Shown here in pieces: positions 9,165 through 19,240 of a DNA stretch of 64,000 bases. A model generated the notes under the pieces. It was not told the DNA's origin. It ran no database searches and saw nothing but the letters and a program-made list of their open reading frames with translations. The stretch spans positions 129,611-193,610 of the forward strand of contig CAJWZP010000001.1 in assembly GCA_913050325.1 (NCBI GenBank), given 5' to 3'. Source of the DNA: an uncultured bacterium. GTDB lineage: Bacteria > Desulfobacterota_D > UBA1144. The position numbers were made by a program, and so were the translations under genes. Position 1 is the first letter of the stretch. The number at the start of each line of letters is the position of its first letter.

Positions 9165-10506
9165 AAAACATTTTAAGAATTTTATAAGTAATTATAAAGA
9201 TATTATTGAATTACCTTCAGATATTAATTTCAAAAATATAAAAAAAATATCTACTGATACAAGAACATTATTAAAAAATGACATATTTATTGCTTTAAAG
9301 GGTGAGAATTTTAATGGAGATAATTTCTTAAAGGATGCAATTAAAAAACATGCAAAGCTATGTATTTCTGAGAAAAAATATAAGAAAACAATTACTGTTA
9401 AATCTACAAGTAATTTTCTAAGAGATTTTAGTAAATATATAATTGAGAAAAATCCAAAAATTAAAACCATCGGTATAACAGGGACTAATGGAAAGACCAC
9501 AACAAAAGAAATGGTAAATTCTATTATTAAGCAAAAATTCAGAACTCATTGTACAAAAGGAAATTACAATAATCAGATTGGATTACCACTAACTATTATG
9601 GAAATGAATTCAAAGACAGAATATTTAATTTTAGAAATGGGTACAAATAGTTTAGGAGAAATTGAAATTCTTGCTGATATTGCAAGACCGCAAATAAGTA
9701 CTATTACTAATATTGGTAAAGGACATACAGAAAAATTAAAAAATAAAAAAACTATATTTAAAGAAAAGTTTAATATAATTAAAAGATTTGATAAAAATTC
9801 CACCTTCATATTTAATATGGATGATAAAATTATTAATAAAAAATATAAAGATTTTCCATACAGTAAAGAAAGTTTTGGAATTTATTCCAATTCATCATTC
9901 AAAGCTTTAAAAATAAATAAAGAATATAGTTCCTATCATCTTAAACACAATAAAATTGAGACAAAAATAAAGATGAAAATAAATGGCATAGGTAATATTT
10001 ATAATTCTTTATGTGCAGCTTCCATAGCTTCTGTTGCAGGTCTTAGTATAAAAGATATTAAAAAGGGATTAGAAAGCTACGTTGGTATTAAAAATAGATT
10101 TAATATCATTAAAAGCAAAAATAGAAATTTAATAATAAATGATACATATAATGCTAACCCCAACTCAATGGCAAATGCCATTGAAATGACCAATAAAATC
10201 TATCCATCAATGAATAAAATTGCAATATTAGGTGACATGCTTGAATTAGGTGAAATTGAAAAGAATGAACATGTTAAGATAGGGAAATTATTGTTAAAAA
10301 ATAATTTCAAAAATATATATATATACGGAAAAAACTTTAAAAATTATTCTTATGGTATAAAAGGTAAGCAGAAAGTAGAATATATTAAAAGACATAAAGA
10401 TATATTGAAATTTATTGATTTAAAAAAAATAAATAACACGGTTATTTTAGTAAAAGGTTCACGAGGATCAAAAATGGAAAATATTTTTGATTATTTAAAA
10501 TTTTAA
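9151..10506 (+). CDS. murF: UDP-MurNAc-tripeptide--D-alanyl-D-alanine ligase MurF
   Basis: GITGTNGKTTTKEM. Mur ligase domains, in the conserved position. Confidence 0.9.
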   Translation: MQIFKKHFKNFISNYKDIIELPSDINFKNIKKISTDTRTLLKNDIFIALKGENFNGDNFLKDAIKKHAKLCISEKKYKKTITVKSTSNFLRDFSKYIIEKNPKIKTIGITGTNGKTTTKEMVNSIIKQKFRTHCTKGNYNNQIGLPLTIMEMNSKTEYLILEMGTNSLGEIEILADIARPQISTITNIGKGHTEKLKNKKTIFKEKFNIIKRFDKNSTFIFNMDDKIINKKYKDFPYSKESFGIYSNSSFKALKINKEYSSYHLKHNKIETKIKMKINGIGNIYNSLCAASIASVAGLSIKDIKKGLESYVGIKNRFNIIKSKNRNLIINDTYNANPNSMANAIEMTNKIYPSMNKIAILGDMLELGEIEKNEHVKIGKLLLKNNFKNIYIYGKNFKNYSYGIKGKQKVEYIKRHKDILKFIDLKKINNTVILVKGSRGSKMENIFDYLKF

Positions 10507-11600
10507 TGTTTTATTTTTTATTTGAGAATTATTTAAATTTTTTTAACTTTTTTAATGTATTTCAATATATAACTTTCCGATCAATAATGGGTGGGTTGTT
10601 TTCATTTTGTTTTGTTATTTATATTGGAAAAGCTTTTATTAAATACGTAACTGATAAGAAATCTTTAGAAAATATAAATAAATATTTAGATGAAAATCAT
10701 AGAAAAAAAAGTGGAACACCTAATATGGGGGGTGTGTTGATTGTTTCTAGTGTATTACTATCATTAATACTTTTTGGAAATCTAAATAATGAAAAAGTTT
10801 TAATTTTAATATTTTCATTCTTAGCTTTTTTTATTTCAGGCTTTATAGATGATTATAAAAAAATAAAAACCGGAGAAGGTTTAAGAATTAAAACAAAATT
10901 ATTAATTCAATCTATAATTACAATAATTATCTTATTACTAGTCTGGAAATTTTATCAGCCTTTTCAATATTTAAATAATTCTTATAATTTGGAAAATATA
11001 ATTCTTCCATTTACCAAAGAAATATATAATATAAGCTTTTATTATTATCTATTATTTATATTAATAATTTTAGGATCTTGTAATGCTGTTAATTTTACAG
11101 ATGGTCTAGATGGTCTTGCGACAGGTAATTTAATTATATCTTTTACAACCCTAACAATAATTTCTTACTTAGCAGGAAATTTTTTATATTCATCATATTT
11201 ATATATACCTTTTGTTAGTGATGCAGGTGAAATTACAGTCTTCATATCTTGTTTGATAGGTGCACTACTTGGATTTTTATGGTTCAATTCAAATCCTGCA
11301 GAAATATTTATGGGTGACGCTGGTTCAATTCCCTTAGGAGGAATATTAGGCTTAATAGCAATACTGATTAAGCAAGAATTTTTGTTAATTTTAATTGGTG
11401 GAATTTTTGTCATTGAGGCAATGTCAGTAATATTACAAATAGTATCATTTAAATTATTTAAAAAAAGAATATTTATTATTTCGCCAATACACCATCATTT
11501 TGAGAAATTAGGAATTCCTGAATCCAAAATTGTTATTAGGTTTTGGATTATAGGTATTTTATTTTCATTAATTTCATTCGCTACTCTAAAAATTAGATAA
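10506..11600 (+). CDS. mraY: phospho-N-acetylmuramoyl-pentapeptide transferase MraY
   Basis: Polytopic membrane protein with MraY motifs (NAVNFTDGLDGL, GDAGS). Confidence 0.9.
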   Translation: MFYFLFENYLNFFNFFNVFQYITFRSIMGGLFSFCFVIYIGKAFIKYVTDKKSLENINKYLDENHRKKSGTPNMGGVLIVSSVLLSLILFGNLNNEKVLILIFSFLAFFISGFIDDYKKIKTGEGLRIKTKLLIQSIITIIILLLVWKFYQPFQYLNNSYNLENIILPFTKEIYNISFYYYLLFILIILGSCNAVNFTDGLDGLATGNLIISFTTLTIISYLAGNFLYSSYLYIPFVSDAGEITVFISCLIGALLGFLWFNSNPAEIFMGDAGSIPLGGILGLIAILIKQEFLLILIGGIFVIEAMSVILQIVSFKLFKKRIFIISPIHHHFEKLGIPESKIVIRFWIIGILFSLISFATLKIR

Positions 11601-11606
11601 GTAATT

Positions 11607-12848
11607 ATGAAAAAAAAGATTTTAATATATGGATTGGGTATTACTGGAAAGGAATTAATTAAATTTTGTAAAAAAAATAAAATACCTTTTTACGATCATG
11701 ATGATAACAAAAAAAATAATTTTGATAAGATTTTAAATAAAATATCAGAAATTATTTTAAGTCCAGGAATAGCAAGATCCAACAAAAATATAAATAAAGC
11801 TTTAAAACTCAAAATACCTGTAATTAGTGAAATTGAATATGCATCTAGATATATCAAAAAACCAATTATTTCAATTACGGGAACTAATGGAAAAACTACA
11901 ACCACAATGATTACATATAAATTATTGAAAAAATCTAAAAATAAAATTTTTATTGGTGGCAATATAGGAAAGCCTCTCATATCATCATTAAATAATAATA
12001 AGCAATATGATTTATATTTATTAGAAACCTCAAGTTTTCAATTACAATTTGTTAAAAATAATTTTAACCCTTTAATATCATTAATAACCAATTTATCACC
12101 TAATCATTTGGATCATCATAAAAATTTAAAAGAATATTACAATTCAAAACTTAATAACTTTAAGAACCAGGATTATAAATCATATTCAATAATAGGATCA
12201 AAAATAGAGAGAAATATAGTAAAAAAAATAAAAAACAAAAAAACAAATTTAATAATTAGTAAATTAATTCAAGATGAAAAAAATATATATTTTGATAAAT
12301 TTAAAATAAAAAAGGAACGCTTAAAATTGGTTGGGAATCATAATTATGAAAATATTGTAAATTCATTGAACATAGTAAAGATAATATCAAACATCAGTAA
12401 GAATCATATTGAGGAACTATATAAATTCAATCCTCCAGAATTTAGATTAGAAAAAATAACTGATTATCCAAAGATTTTTAATGACTCAAAATCAACTTCC
12501 GTAGATTCTTTAAGAAATGCTCTCCAATCATTTAAAATCAAAATAAGATTAATAATCGGCGGAAAGAATAAAAATTTAAATTTTGAGAATATTAATGAAT
12601 TAATCAAAAAAAGCACAAGTAAGGTATATATATTTGGAGAAAATAAATTTATTTTAGCAAAAACACTAGTTGGAAATAACATAGTAATATGTAAAGATTT
12701 AGAAGATGCTACTAGAGCAAGCTTAAAAAATATTAAAAAAGATGAAACGCTTCTTTTTAGTCCCGGAAGCTCAAGCTTTGATTCGTATAGTTCATATATT
12801 GAAAGAGGAGTTAAATTTAATAAATATGTTAAAAAGTTTCTTAGATAA
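11607..12848 (+). CDS. murD: UDP-MurNAc-L-alanine--D-glutamate ligase MurD
   Basis: ITGTNGKTTTT P-loop and an N-terminal Rossmann-like GLGITG. Confidence 0.9.
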   Translation: MKKKILIYGLGITGKELIKFCKKNKIPFYDHDDNKKNNFDKILNKISEIILSPGIARSNKNINKALKLKIPVISEIEYASRYIKKPIISITGTNGKTTTTMITYKLLKKSKNKIFIGGNIGKPLISSLNNNKQYDLYLLETSSFQLQFVKNNFNPLISLITNLSPNHLDHHKNLKEYYNSKLNNFKNQDYKSYSIIGSKIERNIVKKIKNKKTNLIISKLIQDEKNIYFDKFKIKKERLKLVGNHNYENIVNSLNIVKIISNISKNHIEELYKFNPPEFRLEKITDYPKIFNDSKSTSVDSLRNALQSFKIKIRLIIGGKNKNLNFENINELIKKSTSKVYIFGENKFILAKTLVGNNIVICKDLEDATRASLKNIKKDETLLFSPGSSSFDSYSSYIERGVKFNKYVKKFLR

Positions 12849-13935
12849 TTTTGAACCTAGATCATTATTTATATTCTCTATTTTAGTACTTTGTGCTTTT
12901 GGATTAGTAATGGTTTTTAGTTCAAGCTCTGTATCTGCTATGGAAAATCATGCAGATGCATATTACTTCTTAAGAAAACAAAGCATTTATTTAGTAATTG
13001 GATTATCAGCGTTTGGAATAAGTAGTTTACTAAATATTGAAAAGATTGAAAAAAATTATAAATTTTTTTACTTTTTAGGAATTCTATTATTACTATTGAT
13101 ATTAATACCAGGAATATCTAAAACAGCAGGAGGAGCTTCTAGATGGATTAACCTAGGTATATTTTCTTTTCAACCTATAGAATTATCAAAATATTTTCTC
13201 ATCATATTTATTTCAAAGCACTTGATAGTTAAGAAAGAAAAAATTAAAAATTTTAAGATTGGAGTCTTATCTCCATTTATTTTATCAATACCCTATGTTT
13301 TCTTGCTCCTTTATCAGCCAGACTTTGGTAATACTGTTTTACTTTTATCAACGGTTTTTCTAATGATAATAATTGCTGGTGCTAAATTAAAACATTTGAT
13401 AATTGTTTTTTCATTCTTATTATCTTCATTTATTCTTTTAATTTTGGCCGCTCCATATAGAATGAAAAGATTACTAGCTTTTCTTAATCCATATGAGGAC
13501 CCACAAGGATCAGGATATCAAATTATTCAATCATTTATATCATTTGCTAAAGGTCAATTTTTTGGTGTTGGCTTGGGTAATAGTTCTCAAAAATTATTTT
13601 TTTTACCACAAGGGCACAATGATTTTATTTTTGCAATAATTGCTGAAGAATTAGGGTTCATTGGGTGTATTTTTACAATAGTATTGTTTTCATTACTTTT
13701 TTACTCAGCATATAAATTAATAAGAAAAAATAAAGATCAATTTTCAAAATATCTTATATCGGGAATTTTAATGATAACAATCATGCAAGTAATATTGAAT
13801 ATTTCTGTATCAATAGGACTAATGCCAACAAAAGGAGTTCCATTACCTTTAATAAGCTATGGTGGTAGCTCTTTGATATTTACTTTAGGATCTCTAGGTT
13901 TAATATTAGGTTTAGATAGAAGAAGAAAACAATGA
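12826..13935 (+). CDS. ftsW: peptidoglycan glycosyltransferase FtsW (SEDS family)
   Basis: SEDS membrane protein. The ATG at 12826 is preceded by GAAAGAGGAG, whereas the track ORF start at 12742 overlaps murD by about 100 nt. Confidence 0.85.
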   Translation: MLKSFLDNFEPRSLFIFSILVLCAFGLVMVFSSSSVSAMENHADAYYFLRKQSIYLVIGLSAFGISSLLNIEKIEKNYKFFYFLGILLLLLILIPGISKTAGGASRWINLGIFSFQPIELSKYFLIIFISKHLIVKKEKIKNFKIGVLSPFILSIPYVFLLLYQPDFGNTVLLLSTVFLMIIIAGAKLKHLIIVFSFLLSSFILLILAAPYRMKRLLAFLNPYEDPQGSGYQIIQSFISFAKGQFFGVGLGNSSQKLFFLPQGHNDFIFAIIAEELGFIGCIFTIVLFSLLFYSAYKLIRKNKDQFSKYLISGILMITIMQVILNISVSIGLMPTKGVPLPLISYGGSSLIFTLGSLGLILGLDRRRKQ

Positions 13936-15008
13936 AATCTGAATTTCTAATATGTTTAGGAACAACTGGTGGTCATATTTTTCCTGGTTTGGCTATTGCA
14001 AATGAGCTTCAAAAGAAAGATAGAAAAATATTATTAGTAAATGCAAAAGTAAATAATAAGAATATGCCAAATATAAATTTTGATCATCAATTAGAATTAA
14101 TCGATGCAAAACCTTTCATAGGTTCTTCAAAATCAAATAAATTCAAATCTATCTTTTACTTAATAAAATCCTTTTTTGAGTCATTAAAAATGATAAAAAA
14201 ATATAATCCAAATGTTTTAATTGGATCTGGTGGATTTGTTTGGGTTCCAATCAGTTTGGCAGGTTGGATTATGAGAAAAAAAGTTTATACACTGGAAGGT
14301 AATTTTATACCTGGCTTAGCAAATAAAATCGCATCTAAAATTTCAACAAAAATCTATACTAACTTCGAAGGCTCAAAAAATTATTTACCTAAAAACAAGT
14401 GCATAAATTATGGATATCCTGTAAGAGAAAAAATATTAAAAAATTTAAAAAGAGATATCGATATTCTATTGGTGGGTGGAAGTCAGGGTGCTGAAAATTT
14501 AAATTTAAAATTTGCTACACAACTTGAAAATCTAATAATAAAGTTAAAAAATAATAATGTTAAAATAGTTCATCAAACTGGTATAAATGATTACAAAAAA
14601 ATATTGAGTTTTTATATAAAATTGAAAAAAAAATATAATAATTTTAATTTCATCGTGGAGCCTTTTATTAATGATTTATATGAATTTCTGGGCAGAACAA
14701 AAATTTTAATATCAAGAGGAGGAGCGTCAACCATTGCTGAGAGCTTATTATTTAATTTAAATTTAATTTTAGTACCTTTAAAAAACTCTGCAAACAATCA
14801 TCAATATTTAAATTGTATTGAAATGAGAAATACAGAATTAGCTGAAGTATGGCTAGAGAATGAAGAATTGTATAAATTAACAGATAAAATAATTTTTAAT
14901 CTAAAGAATGATAGTTACGATGAAATTGGAATTAAAAAAGAAAAATTTTTTAAGAGAAATTCTACAAAAAAAATAGTAAACGATATTTTAAATAATGAAG
15001 AAAATTAA
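13932..15008 (+). CDS. murG: UDP-GlcNAc--MurNAc-pentapeptide-undecaprenol GlcNAc transferase MurG
   Basis: GGTGGHIFPGLAIA N-terminus. Confidence 0.9.
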   Translation: MKSEFLICLGTTGGHIFPGLAIANELQKKDRKILLVNAKVNNKNMPNINFDHQLELIDAKPFIGSSKSNKFKSIFYLIKSFFESLKMIKKYNPNVLIGSGGFVWVPISLAGWIMRKKVYTLEGNFIPGLANKIASKISTKIYTNFEGSKNYLPKNKCINYGYPVREKILKNLKRDIDILLVGGSQGAENLNLKFATQLENLIIKLKNNNVKIVHQTGINDYKKILSFYIKLKKKYNNFNFIVEPFINDLYEFLGRTKILISRGGASTIAESLLFNLNLILVPLKNSANNHQYLNCIEMRNTELAEVWLENEELYKLTDKIIFNLKNDSYDEIGIKKEKFFKRNSTKKIVNDILNNEEN

Positions 15009-16350
15009 AAAAATTCATTTTATTGGTATTGGTGGTATTGGAATGAGTTCCTTAGCTGAATACTTGTCAAAAAAATATAAGATCTCTGGTTCCGATTTAA
15101 ATATTAATAATAAAATTAAATACTTAGAAAAAATCGGAATAAAAATATTTAACCATCATACTAAAAAAAATATTAACGATCAAGATCTAATTATATATAC
15201 GTCAGCAATTAATAAAAACAATGAAGAACTAGTAGAAGCAAAAAGAAAAAAAATTAAAGTAATTAATCGTGGGAAAGCTCTTGGAGAGTTTACAAAAGAA
15301 AAAAATAATATTTCAATTGCTGGTACTCATGGTAAAAGTTCTACTACTAGTTTTATATCTCAAATATTATTAGAGGCCGGAAAAAAATTTACTGCTTTTT
15401 TGGGTGCCAGAGATTTAAAAATTAAATCAAATTTCAAATACAGTAAATCTAATATTAACGTTATGGAAGTTGATGAAAGTGATAATAGTTTTAATTATAT
15501 AAATTCATATTTATCTATTGTTACAAATATAGATAATGATCATATGGAATTTTATAAAAATAAACAGAACTTGTTGAAGGCTTTTGATATTTTCATCAGT
15601 AAAACAAAAAGTAATGTGATTTTAAATGCAGACTGTAAAAATATAAAAAAACATTTTAGAAATCTAAAAAAAGGAGTTTATTTTTCAAATATTAATAAAA
15701 ACTATGACTATTACTTTAATTTATCAAATGGCAAATATGAACTCTATTTTAAAAATAAATTAATAATTAAATCAAAATCAAAACTATTAGGAAAATTTAA
15801 TTTTTACAACCTAACTGCTGCAATCATAGCATGTATTAATTTAGGAGTAAGTGTTAGAAAAATACAAAATAATATTAATAAAATAAAGCCTCCCGAAAGA
15901 AGATTTGAATATATTTTGAAAAATAAAAAAATTGAAATTATCGATGATTATGCTCATCATCCAAATGCTATAAAAGAGATTAGGAATTTACTTAATAATA
16001 TAAAAGATGAGAAAAAAAATTATTTAATATTTCAGCCACATAGATTTTCAAGGTTCAAAAAACACTACAAAGCCTTTGTAAAAGAGATATCTATGTGGGA
16101 AAACGTTATTTTAGTAGATGTTTACTCAGCATTCGAGAAAAATAAAATTAATCAAAACCTAGAAAATTTTATTAGGGATGTTAAGAAACTATCTAATATT
16201 AATATTATATATGAGCCAGATTTTCATAATGTGGTAGAAAAAATGTTAAATTTAATTTCAAACAAAAATAAATTTTATAGAATAATTACTATGGGTGCAG
16301 GAAATATTAGAAAAATTAGTTTGGAGCTTAAAAAATCATTAAATTTTTAA
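14995..16350 (+). CDS. murC: UDP-N-acetylmuramate--L-alanine ligase MurC
   Basis: HFIGIGGIGMSSLAEYL, GTHGKSSTTS. Confidence 0.9.
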   Translation: MKKIKKIHFIGIGGIGMSSLAEYLSKKYKISGSDLNINNKIKYLEKIGIKIFNHHTKKNINDQDLIIYTSAINKNNEELVEAKRKKIKVINRGKALGEFTKEKNNISIAGTHGKSSTTSFISQILLEAGKKFTAFLGARDLKIKSNFKYSKSNINVMEVDESDNSFNYINSYLSIVTNIDNDHMEFYKNKQNLLKAFDIFISKTKSNVILNADCKNIKKHFRNLKKGVYFSNINKNYDYYFNLSNGKYELYFKNKLIIKSKSKLLGKFNFYNLTAAIIACINLGVSVRKIQNNINKIKPPERRFEYILKNKKIEIIDDYAHHPNAIKEIRNLLNNIKDEKKNYLIFQPHRFSRFKKHYKAFVKEISMWENVILVDVYSAFEKNKINQNLENFIRDVKKLSNINIIYEPDFHNVVEKMLNLISNKNKFYRIITMGAGNIRKISLELKKSLNF

Positions 16351-16351
16351 T

Positions 16352-17224
16352 ATGAAAAATATTAAAGAACTTAAAATAGAATATTATGAAAATTTTGATT
16401 TAACAAATTATTGCACCTGGAAGTCAGGTTGTAAAACTGATTATATTTTTTATCCAAAGAATATAAATGAGTTGAAAAAAATTTTAAGTACTAAAAAAAA
16501 TTACTATATTTTAGGTAATGGTTCTAATACTTTGTTTATAAGTCTTAAGGATACAATAATTATAAGTACAAAAAAATTAAACAATATTGATATAAATGGA
16601 AAATTTGTAATAGCAGATAGCGGTGCAACATTAAGTATGGTTATGAATAAATGTTTAGATAATAACTTAATTGGATTTGAATTTTCAACAGGAATACCTG
16701 GAACAATTGGTGGTGGATTAATAACAAATGCTGGTGCAAATGGAGGTACAATTTCTGATAAATTAATTTCAATCTATATGTTAAAGAATGATAAAGAAGT
16801 TGAAATCCCAAAAGAAGATATTCGATTCTCTTATAGAACAAGTTCAATTAAAAAGAATGATGTTATTACAAGGGCAAAATTTCTTTTAACACCTGGGGAT
16901 CCAAATGTTTCAAGAAAAAAAATTAAAGAATATTTAAAACATAGAAATAAAACTCAGCCGGTAAGATGGCCAAGTGCAGGAAGTGTTTTTAAAAATCCCT
17001 TGCCCGAACATGCGGGCTTTATAATCGAGAAGCTAGGTATTAAAGGAGAAAAAGTAGGTGATGCAGAAGTTTCTGATATACATGCCAATTATATTATAAA
17101 TAAAAAAAATGCTAAACCATTTGAAATAAATAAACTTGTAAAAAAAGTACGAAAAAGAGTTTTAGAGAAAACAGGAATTAATTTGGAATATGAAGTTAGA
17201 ATTGTAGATTATGACCAAGATTAA
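16352..17224 (+). CDS. murB: UDP-N-acetylenolpyruvoylglucosamine reductase MurB
   Basis: FAD-binding MurB fold (GNGSN, GGGLITNAGA). Confidence 0.85.
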   Translation: MKNIKELKIEYYENFDLTNYCTWKSGCKTDYIFYPKNINELKKILSTKKNYYILGNGSNTLFISLKDTIIISTKKLNNIDINGKFVIADSGATLSMVMNKCLDNNLIGFEFSTGIPGTIGGGLITNAGANGGTISDKLISIYMLKNDKEVEIPKEDIRFSYRTSSIKKNDVITRAKFLLTPGDPNVSRKKIKEYLKHRNKTQPVRWPSAGSVFKNPLPEHAGFIIEKLGIKGEKVGDAEVSDIHANYIINKKNAKPFEINKLVKKVRKRVLEKTGINLEYEVRIVDYDQD

Positions 17225-17885
17225 ATATAGTTTCTTTATATTTTTTTTATTTATAGTTATTTATGGATATAACAATCCTCTTTTTTGCTATGTAAAGCAA
17301 ATAGATATAAAAGGAAATAAAATGATTTCAAGAATTGAAATTATTCAAACTTCTAATATACAAAATAAATTATTATTTTTTTATAATGAAAAGCAATATA
17401 TTAATAACATTAAAGAAAATTTATTCATAAACTCAGTTTCATTAAAAAAAATTAGCTACTCTAAAATTCAGTTAGATATACAAGAAAGAATTTTTATCTT
17501 TAATGTTAATTCAAATAAATTTAAAGGGCTATTAGATAAAGATGGCATTTTTTTTAAGAGTAACTATGAAAGATTAAAAAATGACTTACCTATTTTAAAT
17601 ACGGAACTTAAGAGTGAATTTCGAAAAGCATTAATGATAGATAAGCTGTTTAAAGAATCTGAATTATATCAATTTTTTAATCTATCTGAATTAATAATTG
17701 ATGAGATTATAGGCATACAAATCTATACAAATTTAGGCCAAACTATACTTTTAGGAGATAGTGACATTAAGAAGAAAATGAGACAGTTGAAATTCATTAT
17801 GCAAGATTCATTAGCTAATGAAAAAAAACCCATATTCATAGATTTGAGAGAAAATGGTAAAGCTATTGTAAATTATAATCTTTAG
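17211..17885 (+). CDS. ftsQ: cell division protein FtsQ/DivIB-like (POTRA)
   Basis: N-terminal transmembrane segment followed by a POTRA-like V.QIDIKGN segment, in the position preceding ftsA. Confidence 0.6.
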   Translation: MTKIKYSFFIFFLFIVIYGYNNPLFCYVKQIDIKGNKMISRIEIIQTSNIQNKLLFFYNEKQYINNIKENLFINSVSLKKISYSKIQLDIQERIFIFNVNSNKFKGLLDKDGIFFKSNYERLKNDLPILNTELKSEFRKALMIDKLFKESELYQFFNLSELIIDEIIGIQIYTNLGQTILLGDSDIKKKMRQLKFIMQDSLANEKKPIFIDLRENGKAIVNYNL

Positions 17886-17892
17886 GATTATA

Positions 17893-19137
17893 ATGGAAAA
17901 AATGGCACAAAGTGAAATAATAGTTGGACTGGACATAGGTACTACCAAAATCTTGTGTCTAGTGGCTGAAGTTACACCTGCTGGTGAAGTAGAAATAATT
18001 GGTGTTAGTAGCCATCCCTCAAAAGGTCTTCAAAGGGGTATTGTATTAAATATTGATAGTACTGTTCAATCTATAAGACAAGCAATTGAAGATGCAGAAA
18101 AAATGGCAGGGACCGAAATAACAAGTGTTATTGTTGGTATTGCTGGTGGGCATATTAGAAGTTTAAATGGCCATGGGATGATTACACTAAGAAATCGTGA
18201 AGTTACAAAAAGAGACCTTGATAGAGTTATTGAATCTGCAACAGCTGGAGCACAACCTGCTGACAGAGAAGTTATCCATGTTATGCCTCAAGAATTTATT
18301 GTTGATGGAGAAAGAAAAATTAAAGATCCAGTTGGGTTGTATGGTGTTAAATTAGAAGCCAAAATTCATATGGTTACAGCCCAAGTAACTCAAGCAAAGA
18401 ATTTAGTTAAATGTGTTCACAACTCAGGAGTTGATGTAGGTTCTTTAGTGTTAGAACAAGTAGCATCAAGTGAAGCAGTTTTAACAGCTGATGAGAGAGA
18501 TGTGGGTGTTGTTCTTTTAGATTGTGGTGGAGGAACAACTGATATTGCAGTATTCTGTGATGGGTCTATTAAATATACTAGTAACATAACAATAGGAGGC
18601 GATTTCCTAGATAATGATATTTCATTTGGATTAGGTTCTTCAAAAATAGTAGCCAAAGAAATAAAAGAAAGATATGGTATTGCTTCAGTAGACTTAATAG
18701 AAAATGATGAAGAAATTAAAATTGATAAAATTGCTGGTTCTGGCAGAAAGAAAATTACAAAAAATGAACTTGGAAATATTATAGAGCCAAGACTGGAAGA
18801 AATTTTTACAATGGCAAGGCGAGAAATTATGAGATCCGGATATTACGATATGCTTCCTGCAGGATGTGTCATAACAGGAGGTTCGATGTCCATCGAGGGA
18901 GCTGACTATCTTGCACAAAAAATACTAAATATGCCAGTTAGACTTGGAGTTCCAAATCAAATTTCAGGCTTAGAAGAACTGGTATCAAAACCTGAATGTG
19001 CAACAGGAGTTGGTCTATTAATATGGGGATCTAAAAATTCTGTATCTTCTAAAGGACAAAAGATTAGAATCAGAGAAGCACAAGTGTTCAAAAGAGTCAT
19101 GAATTCTATGAAATCATGGTTTGCAGATCTTTTTTAA
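17893..19137 (+). CDS. ftsA: cell division protein FtsA
   Basis: Actin-like ATPase fold (IVGLDIGTTKI, DCGGGTTDIAV). Confidence 0.9.
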   Translation: MEKMAQSEIIVGLDIGTTKILCLVAEVTPAGEVEIIGVSSHPSKGLQRGIVLNIDSTVQSIRQAIEDAEKMAGTEITSVIVGIAGGHIRSLNGHGMITLRNREVTKRDLDRVIESATAGAQPADREVIHVMPQEFIVDGERKIKDPVGLYGVKLEAKIHMVTAQVTQAKNLVKCVHNSGVDVGSLVLEQVASSEAVLTADERDVGVVLLDCGGGTTDIAVFCDGSIKYTSNITIGGDFLDNDISFGLGSSKIVAKEIKERYGIASVDLIENDEEIKIDKIAGSGRKKITKNELGNIIEPRLEEIFTMARREIMRSGYYDMLPAGCVITGGSMSIEGADYLAQKILNMPVRLGVPNQISGLEELVSKPECATGVGLLIWGSKNSVSSKGQKIRIREAQVFKRVMNSMKSWFADLF

Positions 19138-19240
19138 TAAAATACTCTATTATTTTAATTTTCTATAAGATATAATAATACTAAATATGGTATTTTTTGT
19201 TATGATTTATACTATATATAGTAATTAAGGAGCTTGATAA